DNA from: Phoronis australis
Lineage: Eukaryota > Animalia > Phoronida
Length of the DNA: 32,702 nt
Direction of reading: 5' to 3'
NCBI GenBank assembly: GCA_002633005.1
Contig: NMRA01000030.1
Location: 1,136,052 to 1,168,753 of the forward strand
Shown: positions 1 through 12,322 of the stretch, piece by piece
Numbering within the stretch: the stretch's first letter is position 1
How the letters are laid out: each line of letters opens with the position of its first letter
Translations under genes and position numbers: made by a program
Notes under the pieces: generated by a model
Told to the model about the DNA's origin: nothing
The model's input: the letters and a program-made list of their open reading frames with translations, nothing else
The model's database searches: none

Positions 1-612
1 ACATGCGGCGACTTAGTGAACTAACGACTGCTGTTTGAAAAGTGCCAATGCGCAGCAGTTTGACAGAATTTCTAAAAATGAAATAACTACCAGTTAAAAG
101 AGTGATAAATTCCTCATCTAAAAATTGGGGGGGCATATTGCGCAACTGGAAAAATATCAATCTCCCGACCGACCAAAATTAGGCCTTCCGGACGATCGAA
201 AACTCGCCATGAAAACTTGGCCTTGACTTCGAGAAAACAACTTGAGGAGATGCGCACGCATCTAAACTACATCCTGTCCAAATTTCATGTTTGTATTTGA
301 GAGTATAGTGCTCTTTTGGATAGGAGGAACAAGAGGTACTTTTTCGAAAGTTGATCGCACGGCGGAAAATCGTGCGCTAAAAAAAGCTTACAAAAAATGA
401 TTTATCAGCGATAATTTGAGACAAAAAGATTACAAACTTACAAATAAAGACTAAGGTAACGATTTATAACACAAAATTATCTTATAGTTAACTTTGAAGT
501 CTGAAATCGGGTAATTTACCGACGTGGGTTTTACACGGAGGCAGATATGGAGCACCGTGACCTACTTTTTGATTGTCCTCCCTACCTATAGTATAGTAGT
601 TGGTAATAGTAG

Positions 613-1013
613 GCTATAGAAGCTTCATTTGCCGGAAGCTTTTTGGTGAATTATGCCTCACACTGATTAAATCATCAAAGTTATGCTGTTCTCACTACGC
701 AATGGCTCACCTTTGGCCTATTTAAAGATTGAGGTCATGAAGTCACATCACTTCGCGAGCCCCGTAAAAATTGGAGCGTGCGCAGTATAAAAATGGTGAG
801 TTCACGACTTTGGGAACTGATCGAGTGACTGCTCGAACAAAAAGTTCGATAACGGAAGTATTTGTTCTAGTTGGAAGGAATTAAACACATCGACAACCTC
901 CTAAGGTGTTCCTCTATGCGCAAAAGCTTTTTATAACAACAACGTGACTTCGATGTTTTAGTCGGTGCGAGGCATAATTCGCTGAAAAGCTTCCGGTGTA
1001 TGGAGCGCCTATA
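613..1013. mobile_element. Decayed MITE-like element with ~80-bp inverted arms
   Basis: 613-695 (ctatagaagc...ccggaagctttttggtgaattatgcctcacac) is the approximate reverse complement of 935-1013; a further diverged arm copy lies at ~5455-5540. Confidence 0.55.
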
Positions 1014-3399
1014 GGAGCTGCATCGCCTCTGGTCGGGCTAACAGAGGCGATGGTCATTGTCTATGTCAACAATAGCGAGTTGCTGATTTTGGGCAACTGA
1101 ACCAAGGACTGTTCGAAAGAAAGTTCGATGGGAGTATTTTGTTCGAGTTGGAAGGAATTAAAGTAGAGAGAACAGCATTTTTCAAAAATTTTAGAAAATG
1201 TGCATATAATATACACCATTAGAAAGCACTCCTCAAGACTAAGAGAATGGTAGAAAAATTTTAAAATTGGACCTATGGTTCCTGAGAAAATGTCATTTTT
1301 TGTCAAAATTTTTGGTAAAAATTCTGTCAAATCGAATTTGCGAGTTTAAAATATTATGGTTTTAAAACTAAGTAATGTAGATAGACATGTGATACATCAT
1401 TTTAAATAACCGCACGGCTGTCAACGTTCTCGATAAGCTAGTGTGCAGTTTTTTATGCACCTTATTATTTTTACCCATGCATTTTTAATAGTAATGCACA
1501 GTAGTGTAAACATTTAACTGTGTTTATTCAACTTTTTATTTTTAAAAGTTGGACTTATTTACAAACATATCACATATGTCATAACCCATTTGCTTAGTCA
1601 ATGACTTTGAAATGGAAGTCTACAGACGTGTTTGATACAGTATGGGGAAATGTTTTAGGCTACTCAATAATTGTGATGTCAATGTCAACTAAGTCCAAAA
1701 AATCTAACATAAAAGTAAACTTTTCCTATGAAGTAGACACTCCAAGTGAATTGTCTTTGTAAAGTCAGTCAAATTTTTATGTCTTGCTAGCAGAGTCTGT
1801 TTTCCCTCAGTCTGTTGTAAGTGTAATGTCTTGCACAACATTCTTATTGTCTGAAGTCGATGTTCTGAAGCTGGTACAACATATTGAACTTCTGCACTAC
1901 CAGAACTCTTTCAAAAACTGCACAATATGCAGTCCTCCCTTATGAATGCAAATTAGGCAGGGAAAACAAAACAATTCATGTGCGTTTTCCATCTACTTGG
2001 ACGGGAGTGTTAGGCCTGTTGATGACAACCAATATTTCTAAAAAGATATAAACTGAATTATCAAACGCTTGCAACTATGGAATTCCCATAATTTTCAGGA
2101 TTGTCACAAACTCTTTCTTCCAGATGAAAACCATCTATTCTCAAGTTAGAGCGAATTGTATTCATTTTTCTTGTTGATGTCTGACGTCAGCAATAATTCG
2201 GTTCACCGTTCGAGACACGGATATTTGCGATTCGTTGACAGAGCCCGGCAATATCACCACCATACGGCCCTGCAGGGACTCATCTAGGATTTGAAAATTG
2301 GGGGTCCAAATTCGTGAGACTGACGAATCGTGCAAAGCGCAAATCTGAGGGATTCCCCCACCCGCCGAGGAAAAAATTGTTACATAAATAAGGTCATTTC
2401 CTTGCATCTTATTTGCTTGTCTTTTTCTTGTTCAAAAGACGGCATATAGGGAAACTAAACAAAAATTTGGAGGTTTGTTCCATTCAGGATGTGTGTATTG
2501 TCACTAGACTGCAAAAATCAAGATCTGTAAATCTTTTTAGTATGATAATCTGTGTAGAGTTGCATGTTAGACAGATAATCCACAGCATGAGTACAGGACT
2601 CAATGTATCTTGAAGCTCTCAAAAGAGAAGTGTACTACTTTAATGCAGTTGAGAAACCATTTAAAATTATGAGAAGACAATGAAGTTGCATTCGAAAGGA
2701 CATGAAGAAATATATCCTAGAGTACATGTCTACGTTTCATTACATCGCACAGTACTGCAATTCACGAGTCTACAAAAACAAGACCTTATCCTCCACAAAT
2801 TCACAACTCAGTACCACCAGTGGTCAACACGGGCGAAACTCTCCGCTGGAAAATAGGAGTGGCGGCGAATGTGCACTTGCACGTGTAATGTATACCCAGA
2901 CTTGGCTTCGTAAAGGATCGTGACCAAAAAAATCGTCGAAACTTCGTGTTTGAATTTGGCATTCATATCTTTACGTGTCTAAATGTTTTTCCGAGCGCTC
3001 TACTCGTAAATTTCACCGTGACGTTGTTTGGCTACAAGCGTCGCCAGTGGTCGCCGGGGACACCATCAGCGACTTTTGTGCTGGACTGCATCTCCTGTGA
3101 GCAGGTAGTGGATTAGGCTTATAGGTAGCTCTGGGTCTTTGTTTAAATTGACTAGTAATTGCTCAAGATGAATTGAAAAGATAATTGAGAGATTATTTAC
3201 ACCCTGCGTTACACCAGAAATAGACTAGCTGCCGGTCTGCCGCTTGCGTGAGACTGGTGATTAGGCTGTCCGCAACTGACCACTTAGCCTTTATTCAGTT
3301 TCAATGGGCAATGTCCAGTTGCTGTCAAGCGTAATATGAACCAGTGAAGACTTTATTAACGACGACAATGCCTTTTTTACAAACTAGCCTATATTTTTG

Positions 3400-3524
3400 A
3401 ACTGGTCGCGGGATTTTTAAACAGGATGCTAGATTTTTAAACAGGATGCAGAACATTTAAGGAGGACACGTGCTGGGCCAAACAGGATGCTGCGATACGT
3501 TAAAAGTGGTCGTGGAGAACACTG
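3400..3524. mobile_element. hAT-like transposon end
   Basis: Three AAACAGGATGC subterminal repeats followed by ...GGAGAACACTG (reverse complement CAGTGTTCTCC); partner end not located. Confidence 0.35.
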
Positions 3525-6500
3525 ACGTTCCCGTGCGAAGATATTAACACTTTCACTGACTATCGTAAGTCAGTGGAGTACCTGTATACAACATGGAGTT
3601 ATTCTCGCACTTCGAAGTCTCCTTGACCAAAGTCATCCATCAGCCCAAACTAGTATAGCCTCATCTTCGTAGTGGATATTAAACCAAGACATATCCGGGG
3701 ACCTGAAAGAATGCTATGATTCATAAATGGATTTGTTGCTACGGCATATAAGCATTATTAGAACAGTGTTATGCGAAAATGTTACCACTACTTGGAAATT
3801 ATGCACAATATTTTAACAAACATAGAAAGGTGACATAAGGCTATTTAACTGAAAGGTTGTGAAATAGCTATAGGTAGCTTATATCAGTATTTGCCTGACA
3901 GTGTCATGAGTAGTGGTGGTGGCATACGGTACTTCTTCGCGGACTCCCCAACGGCATCAGGAGCTGAAAAGCATCACCTGATGGGTTGAAGGTAGAGCCT
4001 CAGAACGAGGCTCAGATCGTGTGTCCATGAGATCATCCAAGTCCGTGACACAAGTATGCCTGTCTGTATCACTGACTGCCTTTGGTCTCAGATAACCCAC
4101 ACCCAAATACGATCCTGCCTTTCCAAATATATAAGATGAAGATTGAGAGAGGCTAGAACCAACTGATTTAACTGATAAAATGCAAGTAGAAACAATAGAA
4201 GCATAAATGTAGGATCTGGACTAAGAGCTAGAAGCATGATGAGACAGAAATGTGAGACATGATGATGATAGTAAACTGATAAATAGGAGTGAAATTATAA
4301 GAACAAAAATAACTAAGAAAATAACAACTGGTTTGGTCCACAGCAACTTCCAACAAAGCGTATCTGGAGGATATAAACCAGGGTGAGGTATATGAACAAT
4401 CTAGGCAAACCTCAATTGTTTTGTTAAAAACTATACTTGCCTGTGGTCAGAAAAAAGTTTATCGAAAGCATGTATGTTTCATGGTAGTGGACCACATAGT
4501 CTTGAAAATACAGGACTGGAGTAGAAGTATACAATTGTAATATTTGTTTAAACTAAAATTAAAATGTTTTCATTTCCTTTTTTGACATATTCTGACTAAA
4601 CTATATTGGCCAAAAAGGCAACAAGCCAACCCAAGTCTCAGTGGATTGACCAACAAAAGTTTGAGGCAAAATAGAAAAAAAACCCTAAATATGAGAATCA
4701 TTTTTCTCACTACGAGAAGTGACTGTTTAGTTCTCTTTTACATTGTGTTTTCATCAGGAAAAGTTGAAATGCTTCAGTATTGTAAACAAAACATTCAACG
4801 CGATTCACAGGCGCACCTCTAGCGGCAGTACCGGGAACTACGAAGTGAGTGAGAAATACACCCGGTTGTCAGAAATGGACGAAGTGTTCGTTTGCAACAA
4901 GTGTTTGAAATAGTTCAGTAATGAACCCTTTAGTGAGGAATACAATTCATTATGTTCGCAAATTAGGCTATCTACCAATAAATTCAGATCGAAGTTGAAG
5001 GTCGTGGGAACAGGCAACTTTTTCAACTTTTAAGTGCAGGAAAGTGAAAACTACGGTACATAATCATGTTCGCGTGCGTCCCTTTTATTCACTCACGAAG
5101 TTTCATGCCAAACATCGAGAATTCAGTCTTCTGGGTTGAAAACCAAATAGTCATTTTTACCGGCAGCCATTTTGCTCAGAAAATTCTGTCACGTTGCTGC
5201 AAAAAACTTGTGCAAAGTATTATTAAATGGATTTTGCAACAAAAAAGACTATCAGATAAGCAAAACAACATTATTTCATACTTTACAATAATTTTTATTC
5301 ACATTTATTGCATTTTTGAGGGAATTTTTGTCAATTGTTATGAGAAAATTTAACACGGTGACAGATATGCAAAGGGATTCGGGAAAGAAAGCTGTCCTCG
5401 CTAATTAAAGGCCTCTTAGGGTATACCAGGCAATATGCACAAAGCTACTAAGTACTATAGCAACATGACTTTGATGTTTTGATCTATGTGAGGCATAATA
5501 TGCCAAAAATCTTCTGGCAGGAAACTTGCAAATAGGAACTTCACCGTCTCTACGCCTACGGCCAGTCCAGACTTTGTTACTGTCTAGTAACGGTCATGGC
5601 GTGACAGTGGTGTCATTGACAAGACCAGTAGCAGTGTTTATCCACGATTGGCGGTGCACCTCACAGTCAATAACACGCATAGTTTTCGGATTTTTTCAGC
5701 GATGCACTGGCTCCCCCCAAAATAATCTAAAGGCCAGCTCCAAGGCCAGACATGTTGTAAGTCGGTGCTGCGAACATGACAGGGATATACCCAGGTTTCA
5801 AAATAGCGCTTACCAGCTGGGTGAGTGAGCTGGAAAGTCTTGCCTAGCCCAAAGTTAAGTCACCCGGCCGTTTCGCATCAGTTGACTCCCAGATTTTGCA
5901 TGCATCCTGATCAGTCTTTACCTCTACATGATACTAGTTTCACAGCGAGGCACAACTATCTGGGGTGTGTGCAATTTCGAGGTCTGCCAGAGCTTAACAC
6001 ACTCACACTGGTACATAGCTTTCTTTTGACAAAAGTCTTCATACAGCCAGCTGGCCGGCTACTCGAGATGATAGGTTATTCCACACACGAACTATACTTT
6101 TTAATTAAACTTGCATGTTGTCTTCTGTGTCTTGAAGCCAGGACTGCCTTTTCTGCCAATCAAATTTAAAATTGCACCTTCTCTTGTTTTCCTTATAATC
6201 TGTTTTACATATATTCTTTCTTCCATGATTACCTCAGTTTGCTTAGAAGGAGGACTAACTCCTTTTAATATGCCACATTGTTCCACTTGACAAATGAAAA
6301 TGAGAACACCCGATATCACGTGTGCCAGTATTGCACAAGTCAAGTAGTTCATCATATTTCTGCCTCGTGTTTGGACTAGAACAGTTTTCAAGGGGTGGGA
6401 ATGATACTCATTGTCTTGCCAGTTGGTCACGAGAAACACTGTGGGGTACGGCAGGACCAAAATATGGAAAACGCCTTTCCACCAAGAAACGTTATGGCCG

Positions 6501-7882
6501 CACCAAATAGACGATATGATCATTCTAGCTAAAAATTGCAATATTTTATTTTACTATTAATGATAACAAGGACAATCATTGTGATTTATACGTGTTTTCA
6601 GTGTTATTTATTAAAAAATCTTGGCTAAAGTTACACTGGATAATAAGTCAGTTCCAAGAAATATGGTATTTCACGGGCTGTGACCACATTGACCAAGTCT
6701 TCCGCCTTTCCCGCTTTTCTTTGTTTCGGACTAGTCCACAAGTTCTTTTGTGCATGACCACATGTCGTATTCACTGTGACATTTTCTCTCTTGAATGCCA
6801 TTGGTCAACATCTGCTGCCAGAGCACCCAGAGGTAGACTAAACTTAACCTTAAATTCAGGATAATAACAGCATAGGAAAGAGAACATTTATTAATGTTCG
6901 TCTGTGAAACTGCTTTTATGCTCTGAAAATTTGCTTGCCACCTGGCGACCGGCAAGTGAACTTCTACTCACCCAGCACCATTTTTACTTGTATTGGCAAC
7001 TGGGTGAGTGACTGAGCCCCTCGGCTTTTTTGGGAGGGGCTACAACACTCCCTATCGGTCTCTGTGTTTATTTCCTTCCATGTATTTTAGACAGGCAGTA
7101 GTGCTAATCTGGTCTCCAAATAAGACATTTTCACCTTGTCAAAAATACATTCTACAATAAACATTATCACTTACTGTACTTGCTTCAGTCAGTATTTCTG
7201 CTTCTATCCGTGCAGACATATCAATGATATCACTGATGAACCATGTACTTTTATAGATACATTCATATCATTGATGAGCCATGCCCACAAGAATTAAGGT
7301 GAATTTGGTGAAGAATGTCAACTCCACTTTTATTAGTTGCCCTCAACTTTTTCCCCGGGCGTGCAATCACTGTCATGTGTAATCAGTAGACTGATCCATG
7401 TGACCTGGCGGCTGACATTTACAAAGAGTAGCATATATATATGTGAAGATATCTGCAGGAATGTTGCAAGATTTGTGACTCTTGGACTTCGTGTGGACTG
7501 GCGTGGTTTTGCATATATTCAAATTATGTTGACCACATTTTGTCCAAAGTCCTGGCATGCGTTAAAATTTGCAGCTCAGCACCTGTTATGCATTTTCCGT
7601 TGGATGTTATTTGGTGGCCATTTAAAAAATTTTGAATACGTTTTTGACATCGCTTCTTTTTCTGCCCAACTGCTAAAGTGATCACTATAAAATTATGGCA
7701 GTTGTGTTTCTAACGAGAAGAATACAGCTGATGTTGATCTTCAGATGGGTTTGACTATTCTGACACCCTGCCCCCCTAGTGGCATTTTTGTTTTTTCGTT
7801 GCTTACAGTATCAAATAAACTTGGTGTAATTAGAAGGAAGACGTCGAGTCCGTCACACCAACATTTTCGTGTGCTCACATAT

Positions 7883-8697
7883 TTATATTTGGATGCATTA
7901 TGCTGTCATCCACGTCCGGCGTCTGCTGCTCTATCTCCTAAACCCTTTGAGGTATGTTCATGAAATTTTGCATGTGTTCATTTCATGGATGAGCTGGCAT
8001 AAGTGAACTTTGGGATAGATTCAACTACCGGTGTGCCCCCTAGTGACAATTTTAGTTTTTTACCACTTCTGTATCTTCAAAGATCTTCAACAGATTTCCA
8101 AAAAAATTGGCATATAGGCATCTATTAATGTGATGAAGCTATCCTCCCGTTTTCGGATGGATTCGAGATACTTTTGCGCCACCCGCTGGCTACTGTTACT
8201 GTTTTCGTTTTTGGAGTCCACCCCTCTATTAACCAGAGCATTCTAGGATGATTTTCAAAATTGGCAAATGTATATGTTCTCCGTGTGAAGAAGACAGTTG
8301 ATGATGGCGACTTCGACTATTGTGGCACTTCTTAGTGGCAGTTTTGTTTTACGTCCATAGCTCTATCTCCTAAACCCACTGCAGAATCTTTATTGAATTC
8401 AGAAGTTAACAACAGACGGCTACGACTTTCAGACAGATACCATGAATGCTGTGCCTTCTAGTGGCAATCTCATTTTTTTCCGATTTCCTTTGTTTCGCTA
8501 ATTTCCTTGGCTGCTTTTTATGAAATATGTTATATAACTTTCTATTAAAAAATGATGGCATGTACCCGATTTTGGATGGATTCCACATATTTTGCGCCAT
8601 CTAGTGGCCCCTTTTGTGATACATATAAACAAGCCTAGAAGCACACCATCTGTGGTGCATTCATAGGCAGATTTCAACGCTCCGCATTGCTCTTGTT
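7883..8697 (+). mobile_element. Helentron/HINE (DINE-1-like) non-autonomous element, copy A
   Basis: 5' gcattatgctgtcatc..cgtcc block, ~145-bp core repeats, 3' hairpin caacgctccgcattg followed by ctcttgtt; homologous to copies B and C; a decayed core unit also at ~7720-7800. Confidence 0.7.
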
Positions 8698-8911
8698 ATG
8701 TTTGTCTACAAAGGTAATGATGCCTGAAGGTAGGGAGACACAAGGATTGGCTATGGAAGGAAATGCATGAGTTGATCAAAGGATGTACTTGGTTTTACCA
8801 GTTTTTTCTTGTTCAGCATCTGCTTAGACAAGAAAGTTATGCAGTGGGTTGTGGTTATTGTGTTATGCTGTTTGACAATGAACTAAAGTTTATTTTCTTG
8901 TCTTTTTGCAG

Positions 8912-9115
8912 ACATTGTTTGACAATGTGTCCAAAAATGAAGTTGCAAAGGCTGAGAAGCCAGGTGAAGGCATCCCCGATCTGCCGTCACCAGGGGGCAA
9001 TAAGCCTGCCAATAAGCGACTGTCAGTGGAAAGAATCTACCAGAAGAAATCTCAACTGGAGCACATTTTGCTGCGTCCAGACACCTATATTGGATCTGTA
9101 GAGCCAGTTACTACT
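8912..9115 (+). CDS. TOP2: DNA topoisomerase II, first identified coding exon (an ATG exon must lie upstream)
   Basis: Pyrimidine tract + cag acceptor (8909-8911), gtaaga donor at 9116; 204 nt, TLFDNVSK...KRLSVERIYQKKSQLEHILLRPDTYIGSVEPVTT, the N-terminal type IIA topoisomerase motif. Confidence 0.96.
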
Positions 9116-9800
9116 GTAAGACTCTTGAACTTTGTTAAATTAGAATTTATATTTAACTGCATGTTTTGTTTTGAGTAGTAATTTTTAAGTAAGATTAGCT
9201 GAATTGCAATCTAAGGGAAACTTGGATAGATATATGTTTTGGTAACTATTTCTATGTACGGGTACTTCATTTTATCATTCAAACAGTAAATTGGTTGTCA
9301 GAGCAGCTCCATTACAGTGTCGTCCCCTGTACAGGCCTATGCCATCCACAGGCACATTTTAATCCAATCTATAACATTCCTTTACCCTACATGACTGCGG
9401 TGCGAACTTGAATGGTTGCTGACTCTAAAGAACCCAGATTAACCCATCGGCATTCTTAAAACTGAAATTGTTCAATTATGACACCAGCTACACAAACAAC
9501 CTTTGTCAAAATAAACAGTGGGTCGGATGGCCATGCGATACATTTAATATTGAAGGAAAGCTGTCAGGTAAGCTGGTAAGTCAACTATTTTAACTAAGGT
9601 AGAATTTACTATGCACAGTAAAAATGAAGCGTGCCCATATTTTGAAAAGTCGTATTTGGTGACTGCAAAAATCAGTAGGTGTTTAGAACATCATGGTTTT
9701 GGCTTATCGTTTATTTCTTAACCATCACTATTGATCAATTGTATATGAATATGTCAATCTTAAACTGGCGTGGAAAATATGTTGCAAACATTTTAAGTCT

Positions 9801-10074
9801 TGTAAGCACGCCATCTGTTGGCCACATCACGTGACCTAATAAATATAAGTCTGGAAAGATTTCTGCCCCCGTCTAGGACTCTAACCAAAGACCTGCTAAC
9901 CGTGCAGACGGTCTAGCCACTGAGCCATCGGGACCACTGGTTGAACTCAAAAATCCAACCTGACTTAGTAGTGGGTGTATTACCCTTGATCTCCAGTCAG
10001 TGTGTAGGATTTGTCAATCTCTTTTCAGTCTTATATTAGGTCACATGATTTGGCCAACAGACGGCGTGCTTACA
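9801..10074. mobile_element. TIR element (TGT...ACA ends, ~55-bp TIRs) enclosing a tRNA-like sequence
   Basis: tgtaagcacgccatctgttggccacatcacgtgacctaat (9801-9840) matches the reverse complement of 10035-10074 with 3 substitutions; no clean TSD. Confidence 0.8.
9864..9935 (-). pseudogene. tRNA-derived sequence with Pol III A and B boxes
   Basis: Minus strand GGTCCCGA-TGGCTCAGTGG (A box, 9917-9927)...GGTTAGAGTCC (B box with one mismatch, 9876-9886)...CGGGGGCA; acceptor stem pairs 6/7; anticodon arm degenerate. Confidence 0.65.
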
Positions 10075-10413
10075 TATTGATCAATTATTACAAAAATCAT
10101 GCCAGGTTTATTATTGAAGTTATATCAATTATTTTTATATATATTGGAAGTTATGACTATAATTTGCCATGATGCCTATCTTATTGTAATTGAACTGGTG
10201 TGTACAAAAGTTTTGAGAACAGTGAGAGCATTTTTGAGGAAAAGAAATGAGAAAAATGGGTTTTTTGGAAAATCAAAAAGGCTGATAGACACTCAAAAAA
10301 CATTTTGTGCATGTCTAACATGCTGTTTAATGGACTTTTACACATCTAAAGAGGTAGATGGAAACAGAATCAGTTGGTCTACTGTCATTAACTGAAGTTA
10401 TAATCTATTACAG

Positions 10414-10507
10414 TCGATGTGGCTTTATGATGAAGAAGTTCAGGGTATGATTCAGAGAGAGATTACATATGTTCCAGGCCTGTACAAGATATTTGATGAA
10501 ATTCTTG
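10414..10507 (+). CDS. TOP2: TOP2 exon (ATPase domain)
   Basis: ttacag acceptor, gtgagt donor; 94 nt, SMWLYDEEVQGMIQREITYVPGLYKIFDEIL(V); phases 0/1 fit the neighbours; too short for the ORF track. Confidence 0.96.
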
Positions 10508-11026
10508 GTGAGTGGACAGTCGAAAATAAGACTGCATGTTTAAATCAAAAGCTGTAATTGTGCTCCTTGTCTAGACTTGTTGCCTTGGTAGTGTAATAAA
10601 ATATGACCCACAGGTTTGGTTGTTAGGCAGGGACACTAAATTTGCTGACTTAAAATTGCATCTGATATTTGCACAGTACTACTGTATTAGCCCCAATAAG
10701 TGCTCAGGGCGCTTAGAAAAATTCGCTTCAGGAAAGAGGTGCTTATTATAGCCCACAAGTGGTTGAAACCCAGTCTCCGAAACAGGTGAAATATTCAGCT
10801 AGAATTCATCAAATTTATGCTGTGTGACGCATTTGTAACCTATGACAGTTTCTACAAAATTGCTGTGCATTGCTATCAAACTTTGTTGTTAAATACAATC
10901 ATTGTTCAGGAAATCCCAGTGTGGATTTTAAAGTTCGCCGCGTGGATTAGGTCTATAGTGACATGTATTAATCATGATTATATCATTGTACCAAAAAATC
11001 ATGTAATTTTTTATTCTTCATTGTTA

Positions 11027-11811
11027 GGGCTGTTCCAGTAAAATCTGTGTGGGAGGGGGGGACAGCAGTAGAAATAAAAATTCATGGGTGGTGGTCTTCA
11101 GAAAAAAACACAAATTATGGGTGGTCGTTCCTGTAAGAAGTGGTGCTTAAAAAATGGGTGGTATTTTTTGTCCTGTTAATGTTGACAGGTTGGTTACTTC
11201 AGCCCTCAAAACTCAAAACAAACCAATACAAAAAAGCCCATATTGCTAGTGAACAGAGTGCACTATGTTCACTAAGCCATTAATCAAGTCATGGGCAACT
11301 TGATTTGAGCCAACTGCAGTCCTATTGAATTGAAAAGTTATGCAACACTAAACTGGTGTTAACACATGTAAGAAAATTAATGATTTTTAAATAAAAATTA
11401 TGAGGAGTAAGATAAACAAGTTCCAATATTCACTTAACATAGAAGTATAAAAGATATCGTGGAGACAGTTTGAGATTCATAGATCCTTATAATTGAAAAA
11501 AATGTTCATTGAAATTATAGACACATGGTGAACAGAGACACCTGGTGGCTGCCAAAAGTATTGCTCACAGGCTACTTTAGTTTTTGACAATGTTGGACAA
11601 GACAACTAGTTCTTGTCTGTCAATCATCTAAGTTCTTAACAGGTCCTCCTGGAGCCAGTTTGTTTGCAAGTGTTGGATTTTATATTTTAACCTATTAAAA
11701 ATAATTAAAAAATGGGTCATGGGTTGGAGAAATAAATGAAAAATATGGGCGGTGGGTACGAAATAAAAGTGCCTTCCCCCCACTCCCATACAGATTTTGC
11801 TGGAACAGCCC
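11027..11811. mobile_element. PIF/Harbinger-like MITE
   Basis: TIRs GGGCTGTTCCAGTAAAATCTGTGTGGGAG / CTCCCATACAGATTTTGCTGGAACAGCCC; 3-bp TSD TTA (11024-11026, 11812-11814). Confidence 0.85.
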
Positions 11812-12255
11812 TTACACAACTCCTTGTTAAATCATAGATTATAGACAACAGATTCGCAACTCCGGCATATTCTTACGAGCTGAGTTGACCTCTCCTGACC
11901 TATCTGCTGCAGTTTCCGGTCAGTTTTAATTTGACGAGAAATACCTGCATCTACTTTACTGTCCAAAACAGCGAAAAAAACATTAATTTATATTAATTTC
12001 GGTATTGAAACGCTCTTCAAAATCTTTCAATAGTAGAAGTGTTGGTATTGTGAGTACTTTTGGCAATGCTACTGGTAATTAATTTCAAAATTCAAACTTC
12101 GGTTCCGACCCTTTATGTCGTCTGCTTGCCCAATAGCAGCATAGTTATCGGACAGTTTTTGATTTACGGTTCACATAGGCCTACTGAGAAAACTACGAAA
12201 GCGTGTTTATAAATCAACATTCTCAAGTGAGCAGTTCTTCTGGGCAGTGTTGAGT

Positions 12256-12271
12256 GGCCCTTAAAAGGGCC
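12256..12271 (-). terminator. Histone mRNA-type 3' stem-loop 2 with HDE-like element
   Basis: Minus strand CCAAC-GGCCCT-TTTA-AGGGCC-ACTCA, with flanks close to canonical CCAAA/ACCCA; purine-rich CAGAAGAAC 13 nt further on (12234-12242). Confidence 0.85.
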
Positions 12272-12296
12272 GTTGGTTGTAGGTATAGCGTGAAAT

Positions 12297-12312
12297 GGTT
12301 CTTAAAAGAACC
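12297..12312 (-). terminator. Histone mRNA-type 3' stem-loop 1
   Basis: Minus strand TCAAC-GGTTCT-TTTA-AGAACC-ATTTC: 6-bp stem, 4-nt loop, fits GGYYYU-UYUN-ARRRCC; 10 nt after the PHD stop codon. Confidence 0.8.
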
Positions 12313-12322
12313 GTTGAATAAT

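Noticed and set aside
2820-3575. TOP2 promoter and first exon (TTTGAA near 2949; donor-like sites near 3105 and 3566)
   Set aside because: No convincing in-frame ATG with a phase-0 donor; the region is interleaved with transposon-end sequence. The first exon remains unlocated.
3930-4400. Purine-rich, coding-like stretch
   Set aside because: Several stops and no family I can name; may be a TE relic, needs a tblastx search.
4811-5175. CTCF-like (gcgcacctctagcggc) and YY1-like (cggcagccattttg) motifs as a gene promoter
   Set aside because: Isolated motifs with no linked exon; such motifs are common inside repeats.
6101-6955. Minus-strand ORFs (146 aa, 74 aa) as a host gene
   Set aside because: No recognisable domain; faint hints of a decayed hAT-type zinc finger across frames are too weak to call.
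9729-10086. tattgatcaatt duplication as the TSD of the tRNA-TIR element
   Set aside because: The left copy is 60 bp away from the TIR, so it does not abut the element.
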